Assembly (NCBI RefSeq): GCF_009914755.1
Contig: NC_060947.1
Length of the DNA: 64,000 bases
Strand: one strand, 5' to 3'
DNA from: the human T2T-CHM13v2.0 reference genome, Homo sapiens
The position numbers and the translations under genes were made by a program. Position 1 is the first letter of the stretch, and every line of letters begins with the position of its first letter. Of this stretch, positions 1 to 15,111 are shown piece by piece. The notes below the pieces were generated by a model. It was given only the letters and a program-made list of their open reading frames with translations. It was not told the DNA's origin and made no database searches.

Positions 1-593
1 ACATGCGGTGTTCACTTTTCTGTTTCTGTGTTAGTTTGCTGAATATGATGACTTACAGCTACATCCATGTCCCTGAAAAACACATGATCTTATTCCTTTG
101 TATGGCTGCATAGAAGAAAGAAAGCATACCACATTTTCTTTATCCAGTCTATCATTGGTGGGCATTTGGGTTGATTCCGTGTCGTTGCTGTTGTGAATAG
201 TTCTGCAATAAACATATGTGTGCATGTATCTTTGTAATAGAATGATTTATATTCCTTTGAGTATATACGCAGTAATGGGATTGCTGGGACAAATGGTAGT
301 TATTGTTCTAGGTCTTTGAGGAATAGCCACAGTGTCTCCCACAATGGTTGAACTAATTTACATTTCCATGAAACATGTAAAACTTTCCTGTTTCTCCACA
401 GCCTTGCCAGCATCTGTTTTCTCTCGACTTTTAAATAATCACCATTCTGACAGGCATGAGATGATATCTCATTGTGGTTTGGCTTTGCATTTCTCTAATG
501 ACTGGTGATCATGAGTATTTTTTTCATATGTTTGTTGGCTGCATAAATGTCTTCTTTTGAGAAGTGTCTGTTAATGTCATTTGCCCACTTTTT
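1..593 (-). mobile_element. Older primate L1 (L1PA8-L1PB range), 3' UTR/ORF2 end, left part
   Basis: Diverged antisense L1 3' sequence (ttagtttgct...catccatgtccctg...gagaagtgtctg). Resumes at 2114-2211 after a younger insertion. Confidence 0.85.
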
Positions 594-2211
<1,618 letters not shown>

Positions 2212-3974
2212 AGCAATTTTTAATTTTAATTTAAAATCTGATAAGTTATTTTAATTATGTACTAGGCACAGATAAGGTCTGACTCTTTCCAGCATAGTTA
2301 GGGGTGTGGTAATCACCATATGCCCCCACGTCTTACCAAACTGTAAAGCAGGCAAGTTGAACAATTTTCAAAAGCCAAAGAAGCAATCGATGACCTTAAA
2401 GCATTTAGGAAACCTAGTATCTGACCTGCATAATTTAGACCCATATTTATATTTTGAAGGCATTTGTGTTTTACCAATAATCTTTAAAAATGTATTTATT
2501 TCTCAAAGATTAAAGTCACATGGAAATTCAAAAAATATTTGATCTTAATGCTTATTTTCTTTAAGACAATTAATTAGAGCTGTTTAAAATGTAAACATCA
2601 TACACATAACACATATATAACTACACAGACAGGCAGAATTAGATCCAGTATTTGTAAGATTTTTTATTTGCCAAACTCCTAATTGGATTATTGGCCTCAG
2701 AGTGGAGTCCTCCAAGAAACAGGGATAAGATAACATGCAGTTTCTAGAACCTGATAGACAGATATAGCTGGAGGACAAAAACAGATTTTGAGAGGAATTT
2801 ATCTGCTTTTAATTTCTGGGATTCCATGAGCAAAACAGGTTTTTCTCAAAACGGGATTAGTGGCATCTTCTCTGCTTTTTCCAAGCAGTTCCAGGCTATC
2901 AGAAGTTATCTAAGAGTCTCTCATGCATGCATTAAGAGTGGAGGAAAGTAGTTCATTTGACTGAGGAGAAAAAAATTTCCAGCAAATGAAGATTCAAGAA
3001 GAGAAAAAAAAATAAAGACCTTTTAAATATACATCTAGCTTGGATATCCACTTTTAATTAAGCTGACTTTTAATCATAATGCTCTTTGAGAAGATTATTT
3101 TAAATCCCTTATTACCCAATTTTGGCCAAACCAAGCAGCCAATATTTCTGGCTTTTGAACTTTACCAAAGGTAACATCACAGGTGAAACCAACAAGCCTC
3201 AACTAAGGTTATGAGTGTATGAGGTATTTTCAAAGAGGTGGTAAGCAGTTTTTACAAAATCTAGAATCTTCAAAGGTAGCTTAGAGAAAGGAAGATTTAA
3301 GTAAGGAAACTGGAAGTTGTTCATGGAGGGGAAGAAAATCAGCAAATGTTAAAAGTCACACAGATATTAACCAGAAAGTACTCATTCCCCAAGCCTGGAT
3401 TGAACCCAGGCTGCCATTGTAAAGTGGCTGAGACCAAAAGAAAGTACTGCCATGTGGTTACAATATTAAGCTCAAAAAGATATAAAACAAGATGAAGACC
3501 TCTTCCAATTTTTTTTAGAGACCTATAGAAAATTTTGTTACTGACCAGATTGCCAAGCTGGCTTGAACAGTGGGCTTATGAGGTTCCAGACCCACATTTT
3601 ATCCTAAGGTACCCCTCTTGCTGATAGAAAGATACAGAATGACAAATTCTTAGCCCAAAGTATAACAGATTTGCTACAGCTTAAGACTAGCCTTACAAAT
3701 TCTTTTCCAGTATAAAAACTTTGCAGAGGATATAAACAGTGTTTTTTGCCATTCATTCCATCAGTTTGCAGAGAGAGAGAGAAAAGCTGGAAGTCTGACT
3801 GGTAAAAAAGAAACAAACAAACAAAACCTTTTACCCTTTTGCCAACATTTCAGCCTTCTGGGTCCCCCATCCTTAAGCTATAGAGGCCTTTGGAGCCTGG
3901 AGTCCTGTAAAGGGGGAGCAGACAAAGAGGTTATTTGTATACTGTAAAACTTGTCCGTCTTCAAGAGATTACTT

Positions 3975-4280
<306 letters not shown>

Positions 4281-5678
4281 TTAGAATTATAATTTCTTCC
4301 CAGTTCATTTTTGTTTTATGCCAAGCAGTTTAAGGTTTGGGCAAATTAAACTTTTCCCAGAGGTGAATGTCTTGTGATTACCCATCTGCAAAGAGAGTAC
4401 AGAGGAGGAAATAGAAAAAAAAAGCTTATTAATTTTTTTTCTCAAAAGAGTCTCAGTCATTCAGGATGTATTCACTGACTGATGATGATTGGTTACCCAT
4501 CTGGAAAGAGGAAAAAAAATTACTCCTTCAGTTCCTTTCTCTTCCTATTGAATAGCTGGGGCACCTGAGGAAGAGAAAAAAAAAGGTGTTATCTTTTTTC
4601 CTTCTGTCCTTGTATTCGCAAGTCCCAGTGACCTAGGCAGGTGCTGCCCATAGGTGCCAATACAGGTTTGACCCATGAAACAGGAAGACCTACAGGGTAG
4701 GAATTATCCACACTCACCTATGTGCTGGCCTATCCTCCCTGCTATCTGTAACCTCATCCATTCCATGGATATGGGCATGACCTTCATCCATGAAATGAGG
4801 GGACGGATGCTAATCAGCTGGAATTAATCATGCTCACCTGGACTGTGCCCCCTGGCTTCTGTTGTTGTCTGCCTCTAGATCCCTCAGATCCAGTTTTTTT
4901 TTTTTCCTAAGGTTTCAACCCAAAGCTTGGAATTGAGTTTGGGACAAAAAGATGCTTCAGGAGGGTGCATGAACTCATTAAGTTAAATCCCAGGTGGCAT
5001 TCCTTATCATAAGCTGAATGCTAAGGTGAAGCTGTGGAACTGGGTCCTCCTCAAACAAGGGAGAGAAAAGGGTGTTTCATGAATTGGAGTCCTGGCCAAG
5101 TAAGATGCCTTCCAAAAGAAAAAAAAAAAAAAACTCTCACATTGAAAAACTCCTTGTATTTGCAGGGCTGTACTAACTCCTGACATGGTGGAGAAAAGAA
5201 AAAAAAAATGGCTTAAGTGCAGGGAGGGTAAGGTGCTCTTATGCAAATGGGTTCCTTCAACAAGGAAAGAAACTCTTAATCCCTGTTTCTTCCCTACTTC
5301 TAAGAATTGACAGAAACCACATTGTCCTAAATTACATTTTTCATGACTGGGCCAAGTGCCCATTCTTCTCAGTAATACCTCTGTAGTTGGCAACAACATG
5401 CTCAACATTGTAAAAGAAGAGGTGGGCTCCATGATAGCCCCAAGAGAAAGAAGAAACAGTCCATAGAATAGACTGTATTGGAATGACATTCCTTTCCCCT
5501 TAGAATGTTGAGGAGAGTCCTCTTCAGCACCCTGTCCTCTGTAGTTGTGCAATTCACTCTTAATTAGCTAATCAGAGGTTTGGTGCTTCATCTGCTTTCA
5601 GAAAAATAGTCTGAGGACAAGAAGCCTTGAAACAAAAGTAAAGAGTCATAGATTTGCATTTACTCACCCTTCTGATGA

Positions 5679-5696
5679 ATACTGCATGAGCCCCCA
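5679..5696 (-). promoter_or_regulatory. Degenerate tRNA-Pro primer-binding site
   Basis: Minus strand reads tgggggctcatgcagtat, a 14/18 match to TGGGGGCTCGTCCGGGAT, immediately 3' of the LTR. Confidence 0.75.
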
Positions 5697-5698
5697 GA

Positions 5699-6326
5699 TA
5701 TTTCTCGGCCACTTTGTCAACTGGAGACCTCCACAGCCAGTGACACCCCACCCCCAGAAATGGGCCTTGCTCTCCCACAGGCCTGCTGCTGGAGGCACCC
5801 TGCCCACTTGACCTGCCCTTGTTACAGCTTGTACCCATGTTCAGTGGTTCCCAAGCTCTTGTCTCATGTCCAAGAAGAATGAACATATGCTGACAATTTA
5901 AAGAGAGAGGAGGGTGGAGAAGAATTGTGTTGAATGATAAAACAGCTCTCAGCAGAGAGAGGATGTGGGGGTGGTTTTTCTCTCAGTGTGACTGAGCCCA
6001 GGGCTTTTATGAGCTCAGAATAGGGGAGTGTGTGCTGATTTGTTTGTGACTATGCAAAGAAAGACTAAAGCAAGGCACCACTCAAAAGTGGGCATGGCAG
6101 TGTAGAAAACCAATTAGAAAAGTGTAGGGATATGTAAAATAGGTGAAGGGTGCACGGTACAATCCGAGGAAAGCACACCAAACAGAAAGACAGGTTCTCA
6201 ATCCAGTCCATGGACTTGATTTGTAGCTTGGCTTTCAGGCTTTAAACTGTCTTCAGCTTGGAGGTTGGTGTCACCAGGGACCCATCCCTATCTGCCTAGG
6301 CATTTGTCTACTTCCTGCCACTATCA
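5699..6326 (-). mobile_element. ERV1 5' LTR (MER52/LTR27-like)
   Basis: Minus strand starts tgatagtggcaggaagtagacaaatgcctaggcagatagg, typical of MER52/LTR27-type LTRs, and is followed by the PBS. Confidence 0.75.
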
Positions 6327-6945
6327 CTTATATACTGCAAGAATAGAGAGCTTAATCTGGTTTTCAATAAATGCCCACCTGGGAAACAATCCTGCAGATT
6401 CAAAGTAAAACCAGAGCAATAAAAATGGTAGATTTTTTTCATAATTATTAGAGGTGACCGTTCAAGCATAAAAGTAGATTCTTGCTACTACAACAGCTTT
6501 GGGTCTTGTTTCTCATTATAAAACTAATTAAAAGCCACAAAAGGCTGAATCAGGTTTTTAAGGGGGAGGATGAGGGAGGTAAATAAAATTTGGTTATTTT
6601 GAGTACCTATGAATTCTGAAACATGCTCCATTCTATTTTACTGTCAACTGATGGATAAATATTTTATATATTGTCTAAACCAAAGTGGTAGACTTCACTG
6701 AAATAGGCATCTTCCTTGTTAATATAGTTTCTTTTCTAATTCCATAACACTTCTAAATCCATTTGTTTTTATTCTTTTATTATCATACCTGCATAGTGCT
6801 TGACTGACATTTTTTTAAAATAAAGAAAATGTAATATAGACTATGCCATTATGCTTCTATAAGCTACAAAGGACCAATATTGCAGAAGATGGCCCCTACT
6901 CTTTTGAGAAATGGTACCTCAAGGAAACTTTCTAAAGTATGCACC

Positions 6946-7737
<792 letters not shown>

Positions 7738-8260
7738 ACTTGTGGATAAAACTGTAACCAGAAATGCTAATGGACTCTATTACATTAAGAAGTCTCCAAT
7801 CAAACAAAGGACGTGTCCTTATAGACATCTGTTTACATTTTTTCTCTTAGTTTAACTCTGTGCTACTCAGAGAATATCCTAGGTAACACAACACAGTATG
7901 TGATTGTTTATCTTTGTTTTCTCACTCTACTTTCAGAGAACTATTAACTTTTTAATGTACTCCTTGACTAGAGTGTCATGGTCCTGATATGAAAAAAAGA
8001 ACCAAATATGCCTAAATCAATGAAGCCTTATTATATTATGCATCATCTCTCCTCAGTGTATGTGCTGTATGTAAATATCTCATATACTGATGGCAATGCT
8101 TAACTGAATATCTAATATTTTAAAGTGATATTGTTTTGGGTCTTATAATAAAAGTGCAATTTAATATACTAGTATTATTAGACAAGTAGGTTAAGAAGAT
8201 GCCATAGACATAATGAATCGGGGTTTCAACCACATTTTGAAAAGAAACCTTACAAGGTAT

Positions 8261-8395
8261 CTTGGCATAAAATTCTGGCCTTCATAGTGTTTTAAAAATA
8301 ATAGTTGTTCAATAACGTTTTATTGCATAGAAATTGAACGTTATTGAACAACTATTATTTTTAAAACACTATGAAGGCCAGAATTTTATGCCAAG
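8261..8395. repeat. Perfect 59-bp inverted repeat with 17-nt spacer
   Basis: 8261-8319 (cttggcataaaatt...aataacgtt) is the exact reverse complement of 8337-8395 (aacgttatt...tatgccaag). Confidence 0.97.
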
Positions 8396-8564
8396 GGGTC
8401 GGGGGAGGGGGGAGGGATAGCATTGGGAGATATACCTAATGCTAGATGACACATTAGTGGGTGCAGCGCACCAGCATGGCACATGTATACATATGTAACT
8501 AACCTGCACAATGTGCACATGTACCCTAAAACTTAGAGTATAATAAAAAAAAAAAAAAAAAAAA
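8395..8564 (+). mobile_element. L1HS-Ta, severely 5'-truncated (about 150 bp plus poly-A)
   Basis: gctagatgacACAttagtgggtgcagcgcacc (Ta ACA diagnostic) and acttaGagtataat, pure A tail, TSD agaaattgaa at 8329-8338 and 8564-8573. Confidence 0.95.
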
Positions 8565-9309
8565 GAAATTGAATGAAATTACAATGTGGAGAAACGTGAG
8601 GTTAGAGAGATGTGAGTTAGAAAACTTCAAAACATACATGAAGAGTATTGGTTAAATAGATGAAATTTATGTCTGAAGAGTCTTTATGGGGAGCTATATA
8701 GCTCATTTATTGGGCTTAATGACTTACATTTTTATCAACAAATTTAGTTAAGACAAAGAACATAAATAAGTTTATCAGGTTTGTGGAAGACGTAGCGTGG
8801 CAAAATACCTAATATAGAATCACGATTTAATGAGAACAATCTGAGAGGCTGTAATGATTAGTAAAAGCTACAGTGATGGACTCTACTAAGTCATAAAAAA
8901 TTAACTGCAAATGTGTAAGGGTAAAACTTCCTAAGATCTGCTCCTGTAAAACAGATATTTTCATTGACTCAGGGTCAGTGTAGGAAATGTGGTATTATTG
9001 CTACAAAAATAGTGAAATCTCAGTCTGCATTCACATAAGTGTAAGGTTCACAATAAAATATTTTGTCTTCTTCCATTGGCCAGGCTATACTATGAAAGTT
9101 ATTTTTAGTTGAGGAGAATGCCTTTTTAGAGTAACATGGGTAAAATAGTCTTTTGAGAGGACAGAGACCTAGAAAATAGAAGGTCTGGAAATGATATAGA
9201 AAGCATGATAGAGGAAACTGGAAATTTTTGAACAGAGAAAGGAGATTTATTGTTATGTCCACATATATGAAGAACTCTCAGGCTCTTAAATATAGATGCT
9301 GTCAATTGA

Positions 9310-10930
9310 TTTTTCTTTCATTTGTTCATTCAACAAATATGTGAGTGCTCTTCATATCCCAGACTCTGTTCTAAGCTCTGTAGATACAGAATTGAACAAG
9401 TCAGTGTTCCTGATGCATGGAATTTACTTTCTAATTTATTTCATCCTTTGCACTTGTCCCATTCTGTGCATTAGATTTAGTTAATTCCATCCACTCTTGT
9501 GGCTTTGTTTTATCTCCTTTCTATCAGCAATTATGTTGATACCCACTACTGCTCTATCTTTAAGCATACATCTCCCCTGAAACTCGACTTAGACTTATTC
9601 ATTTAAGAATAATTTATCTGTATCAGGCACTGTTCTATGTACTGCAGACACTGAAGGATAAGACAGACACATTACTTGTATTCTCATGGATTCTATGTGT
9701 AGTTGGAGAGACATATGTTAAATATTCACAAAACAACTACACATTAAAAATTATGAGTTTAAGAATGAAAACTAGAGAATGTTATGAGAGTATATAAACG
9801 GGAAAGGGGAGTTAACCTCCCTGAGCAAAAATCTTTAAGGTAAGACTTAAAAGATAATTAACAACCACACAGATTAAGGAATGAATGCTCAGAGTGAGGA
9901 AACAGTGTATGTGAAGATATTGAGATGCTGTATTTGTCCTTTCTTACATTGCTCAAAAGAAATAACTGAGACTGAGTAATTTATAAAGAAAAGAGGTTTA
10001 ATTGGCTCATGGTTCTGCAGGCTGTACAGGAAGCATAGCGGGTCTGCTTTTGAGAAAGCCTCAGGAAGCTTCCAAACATGGCACAAGGCAAAGGGGGAGC
10101 AAGAGTCTTACATGTTGTAAGCAGGAGCAAGAGGGAGAGTGGGGAGGTGCTACACACTTTTGAACAGTCAGCTCTTATGATAACTCACTCACTATCATGA
10201 GGACAGTACCAAGGGAATGGTACTAAGCCATTCATAAGAAATCCATCCTTATCATCCATTCACCTCCCACCAGGCCCCGCCTCCAACATTGGGTATTACA
10301 ATTCAACATAAGATTTGGTAGAGACACAGATCCAAACCATATCAGATGCTATCTTCTACCGTCTCCTTAATGATAGTTCATAGACAGGTCAAATTTAACA
10401 TGCTGAAAACAGAACTATTTTTTTTCTCCCACACTGTACCTTCTCTTGTAGTCATCCTCAAGTGCTTCCTCTTTCTCATACCTTACATCCAGTCTATTCT
10501 GTCCCTTCTGTTCTTGCTTGTGCCTTATCTCAGTTCTTCCCCTTCTTTGCAATCTCCATTGCATCAATCTCAGTGCACAGGCTTATCACGTTTCAGCTAG
10601 GTTCTTGAAACACTCTTGGTTTTGTTACTGAACAATTTTACTTGTCTTACCTTCCTCCTTACCATAGAAAGAATTAAAATGTTCAAAAAGTATTATCTTT
10701 TTCTGATGACTAAAATTTTTCACTAGCTTTATATCACCCGTAGAATAAAACTGAACACCCTGAATAGAGTACCTAAAGCCCTCCATGATCTTCTATGTCT
10801 ACCTCTCTAGCTTCATGTCTCATTACTCCTTCCCTTACACCCCTAGATGCAGTCACTGTCCAAGGAAATACTTGTAACTTCCTATTACAACATGTTTTAT
10901 TCTTAAATGCCTTCTAACATTTCATTCCTT
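9310..10930. mobile_element. Ancient L2 fragments in both orientations
   Basis: ttcattcaacaaatat, caggcactgttcta, aaatttaacatgctgaaaacagaact and tagaataaaa L2-like motifs. Confidence 0.6.
9929..10344 (-). mobile_element. Solo MSTA/MSTB LTR
   Basis: tgtatt...ccaaaccatatca termini. 5-bp TSD gatgc at 9924-9928 and 10345-10349. Confidence 0.92.
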
Positions 10931-11004
10931 CCTTTTATTTTTGCATTTTTCTATTGTTTAGGATAATAGCAAGTCTTCAGCAAATGTTGGAAGGCAGGGA
11001 TATG

Positions 11005-11130
11005 GGAATAAAAAGGGATAGAAGGAAGGAAGAGTGTAATGAAGAAGAAAAGGAAGGAGAAGAAAAGAAGGAAGGGAGAATGAAGAAGAAACAAAGGAAA
11101 GAAGGAGAGACAAAACAAAAGGAAATAAAT
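11005..11130. repeat. GA-rich low-complexity tract
   Basis: Runs of gaag/gaaa. Confidence 0.7.
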
Positions 11131-11449
11131 TAAGGATGGTTTAAAATGAATATTTAATGACAGGTTCATAATAGATTGCTAGTAGAAAAAAATAGTAGTC
11201 AGTATATAATGTGTTGAAGTTCTTATCACGCAGTATAGGAAAGAAATGTATCTTTTGGCAATGTTAGAGAATTAATGCAGAGATTTTTGGTGTAATCCAG
11301 TGTGTCATTCTGTATATTTTACCAATTATTTGGATTTGCATAGTGTTTTTGTGAGAAAAACAAACAACAATAATAATTTTAGTTCATATCTTCTTATAAC
11401 TGCAGGGCAAATTCAAAAGGGCAATTGTGTATTGTCTATGTTTCAAAGA

Positions 11450-11560
11450 CAAATAAACTGAGAAACAGAGCATAAGTGAGTTTTTCCAAGGTCACACAGC
11501 TATGTGGCATCGAAGGTAGAGCAAAACACCAGATTCTTGTGTTCAAGCACTGCATTTTTT
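11450..11560. mobile_element. MIR fragment
   Basis: aaactgag...aagtga...ccaaggtcacacagcta MIR core. Confidence 0.7.
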
Positions 11561-13649
11561 TTTTCTCACCAAATCCTTGTGTCAAAATGGTCTGTTATCT
11601 TAAACATCTGTTTTTTCGAGTTACTGTAGAAGTTTTTCTAATTCAATGGCTGTTTTAACCTGATTTCAAGATGAGTCTAGCAATCACTTGAAAGGTCAAA
11701 ATCTGGAAATTCAATGCAAAGGAAATAACATATTTTCTTAGTGACAGATGTTTCAGCTATAGAAAGGGTGAAGTAATGGAGAAAAGACAAATGAAGGAAT
11801 TGTTTTTCATTTCAGTAGGCATTTATGTAATCTCTTAACATATACAACTTACTAAATATTTCTATTAACTTATAATAACCCTTTACTGTTAATGACCATT
11901 TGAGGTTATATTGTATTTGTAAATAGTTTGGCTTCCTCTCAATGCATAAAGTTTAGTAAAGGAGAAATTCCACGCTATGTTTGTTATTTTTTTAACCAGT
12001 TTAAGAAGAGAGGAATTATTTTCCAAAATAAATGAAGACTTAGCATATGTATTTTATGGAGTGTAATGGAAGTGCTTTTTGCGTCTCTGGGGGTGATTTT
12101 CTAATAAACAAAAGCCAGGTCCATTTTTGACATTTTTTGTTAAAGGAAATAACACAAAAATATTTTTACAAGAAGATTTCAGTTTATTACATTGCAACTT
12201 CCTGTACTTTCTGCTCACTATGATTCTGGAATAATGGGCAGCTATCACACATTCCTTTTCCATGATGTATCATTGATTCAAAATGCTAATGTCTTAGCTC
12301 TAACCAGGACCAAAATTGGCAAGGGTGGTTTCCTGCTTCTCTCTTCCTATGGGAATATCATTGTCAAGACTCTTATAATCCGTAACATTCTAACTGGAGC
12401 CTGGGGAAATACTCACAGGTAACTGTGTAAGCCTGCTACTATTCCATGGGAGACATATGCCTGTTAAGAAAATGTAAAATTAATTTTTAATCAATGTGTC
12501 TGCAGAAGAGATTTTGGTGTACTTAGTGCTCTGCTAAAAAAAAAAAAAAGAGAGATTTAAATTGTCCTGAAGATAATCCCTACTAACAACAACAATAAAT
12601 ACAAACATCAACAAATACAAACATCACCACCAGCAAAACCAAAACAGTAGAAATACTATTATCAGGCTTCAGGACTATGTTTTCAAATACTTCTCATTTA
12701 TATTACACCTATAAGGCTAATGCCACCCTAGGTGCCTTACACATAAAAACACAATTTAAAATCAATAATCGAAGTAAAAAGTCTTCAGAACTATGATTAT
12801 GTTACTTCTTTCAGAATTCTCAGACTTTCTCCTAACTTTCCAGCTGTATGAAAACAATGGAGAATATTTTCCTCCTCAAAACACAGACATATTTTCCAGA
12901 AAGCCTTGAATATTGGAATTGATGGCAGTAAAGAGATTTAAAATTGCCAGTTTCTCTCCTACATAGGCAGTAAGAACTTTGAAATTAGTAAGTAAAGCCA
13001 AGTTGATATTTAGTTTCTTCATTCTTTGAATTACAAAACTATTGTTTTCTAAACTATAGTTGATACCTTTTCATGAACAAATAATAATGTATTGAAGTCT
13101 GAATCTATATTAGCCCTCAGAACACCATAAATTATCTGCCTTATAAGTATATAAGGCAAGCAAACAGGAATTACAAGAGGATGTAAATGCTTATGGAGTT
13201 ATGGGGGTGTCACAGGAAACTGAGAAGGCACTGAGATTTTCTAACCCATATTTGGATGAGGTAATGCTTTTAAAATTTCTGTAGATTTCAAGTTGAAGCC
13301 TTTGCTGAGAATGGGCAAAAAGAGCCTCTTACCCAGGTGTCAGGGCCCTTCCCTGGACCTACTTTAGCTATATCTCTCCCCACGGGGTGAGAGGTCTGCA
13401 AGACCAGCAGTTTTGTTCCTACCTGGAATATGTGCCCTCTCCTTGTAGATGATGTTCCAATTACCCAGGACTCTGGAATGACTTGGTCAAATGACACTCA
13501 ACCTGCTTCCACAATCTAATCAGGCCACCTTTATTGTGTCTTCCTAAGGCCCAAAAGATGGTCACTGGGTCATCATTTATGGGAAGTATGGATACATCAT
13601 TGTTTCCCAGGCTGGATTGTCCACATTTTATACACACTTAAACACAAAC

Positions 13650-14107
13650 AAATGAATATAATCCAAATAAGAAAAAATAGAGGCTTTTAGTACTTGCTAC
13701 AGCAAGGGAGTCAGCCACCATCCCTTATTTAACAGAGGCTAAAAGGTAAGCAGAAATGTGGGAAAGCATTATAGCAAAAAAAAAAAAAAAGTAGCAGTAG
13801 ATTTTAGATGTGCTCAGACAGGAGGTTGTTGGTATGGGGAAGCTGTTAGATGTGTTAACTAGAAGCAGACACTCCTATATGTTTTGTTTGGGGAAGAAAT
13901 TTATCTTTTTTCTGGTGGTCCTGAATAGGAAGCGGGGGCAAAACTTAGGAAAACTGGCAGTCACTAATCAAGTATTCAACATTCTGAGATGATTGTTGTA
14001 GAGGTTGTGGTTTGGTTTTCCAGGCTGGTTGCTGCAGAAGTTGTGGATTAGTGTTCTATTGTCATATATGGCCTGACCATTGATTATCTGTATATTCGGT
14101 TTCTCAC
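13650..14107 (-). mobile_element. Probable old ERV LTR (family not assigned)
   Basis: LTR-like text (tacttgctacagcaagggag...ctggcagtcact) ending tctcaca. Confidence 0.4.
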
Positions 14108-14715
14108 ATACCAGTCCCCTCAAGTGCTGAATGTAGCTGGTGATGGGAATATGAGCTTAAAGTTTGCTCACTGACACTGCCACATAAGTGTATAATACTC
14201 TGAGAGGTCAAAAATTGTCAGTTTGAACCTGGTTTTCTGAGTCTTTATGCAGGTGTATCTGTCAACATAGGAAGATAGAACACATTGTATTTAATAATTA
14301 ATATTTTGGTATCTTTATGCATTTAAATATTTATACATATGTTATATTGGTTTTCATTCTGACCTTTGCTTTTGGCCTCACAAATATTAGACGTAGACCT
14401 AGCAAATTTACTAGTTGACTCAATTGCATTTGCTACTTTTGAAGGTTTCTGATTTACATGAATTCTGGCACTTAATGCAATCTACAGAGGGTAATGATAA
14501 AGGAAGGGTTGAAGGTGCTGGTTCAAAAGCTTCAGGCACAGCTTTCCAATAACTGACAAATATGACATTTCTGTGGATAGTTGGGAAACCACAGCTATAA
14601 ACTAACAATCCAGTTAGGGACAAACTTGACCCCATTATTATTCAATTCATTGTTCCAATAGCGTGAGTGCATTCATTTTATTAATTTAATTTTTATTAGG
14701 GATTGTAAGAGTAAT

Positions 14716-15111
14716 TGATATAGTTTGGATGTTTGTCCTCTCCAGGTCTTATGTTGAAATGTAATTCCCACTGCTGGAAGTGGGGCCTGGTGGAAGGTGT
14801 TTGGGTCATAGGGGCAGATTCACCATGTATGTTTTGTGCTTTCCCAGAGGTAATAAGTTAATGCAAGGGCTGGTTGTTTAAAAAATCTTGGACCTGTTCT
14901 ACTCTTTCTTGCTCCTTCCCTTGCCATATATGTCTGCTCCCTCTTCGCCTTCTTCCATAAGTGTAAGTTTCCTGATGCCTTCACCAGAAGCAGATTCCAG
15001 CACTATGTGTCTTATATAGCCTGCAGAACCATGAGCCAAATAAATCTCTTTTCTTTATAAATTGCCCAGCCTCAGGTATTCCTTTATAGCAATACAAAAC
15101 AGACTAATACA
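14716..15111 (+). mobile_element. Solo MSTB LTR
   Basis: tgatatagtttggatgtttgtcc ... gactaataca, with TSD gtaat/ctaat. Confidence 0.9.

Noticed and set aside
5007-5886. 181-aa and 104-aa minus-strand ORFs in the ERV leader/LTR as gag or a novel gene
   Set aside because: No Gag motifs are recognisable, they include poly-T-derived Phe runs, and they look like chance frames in a decayed ERV.
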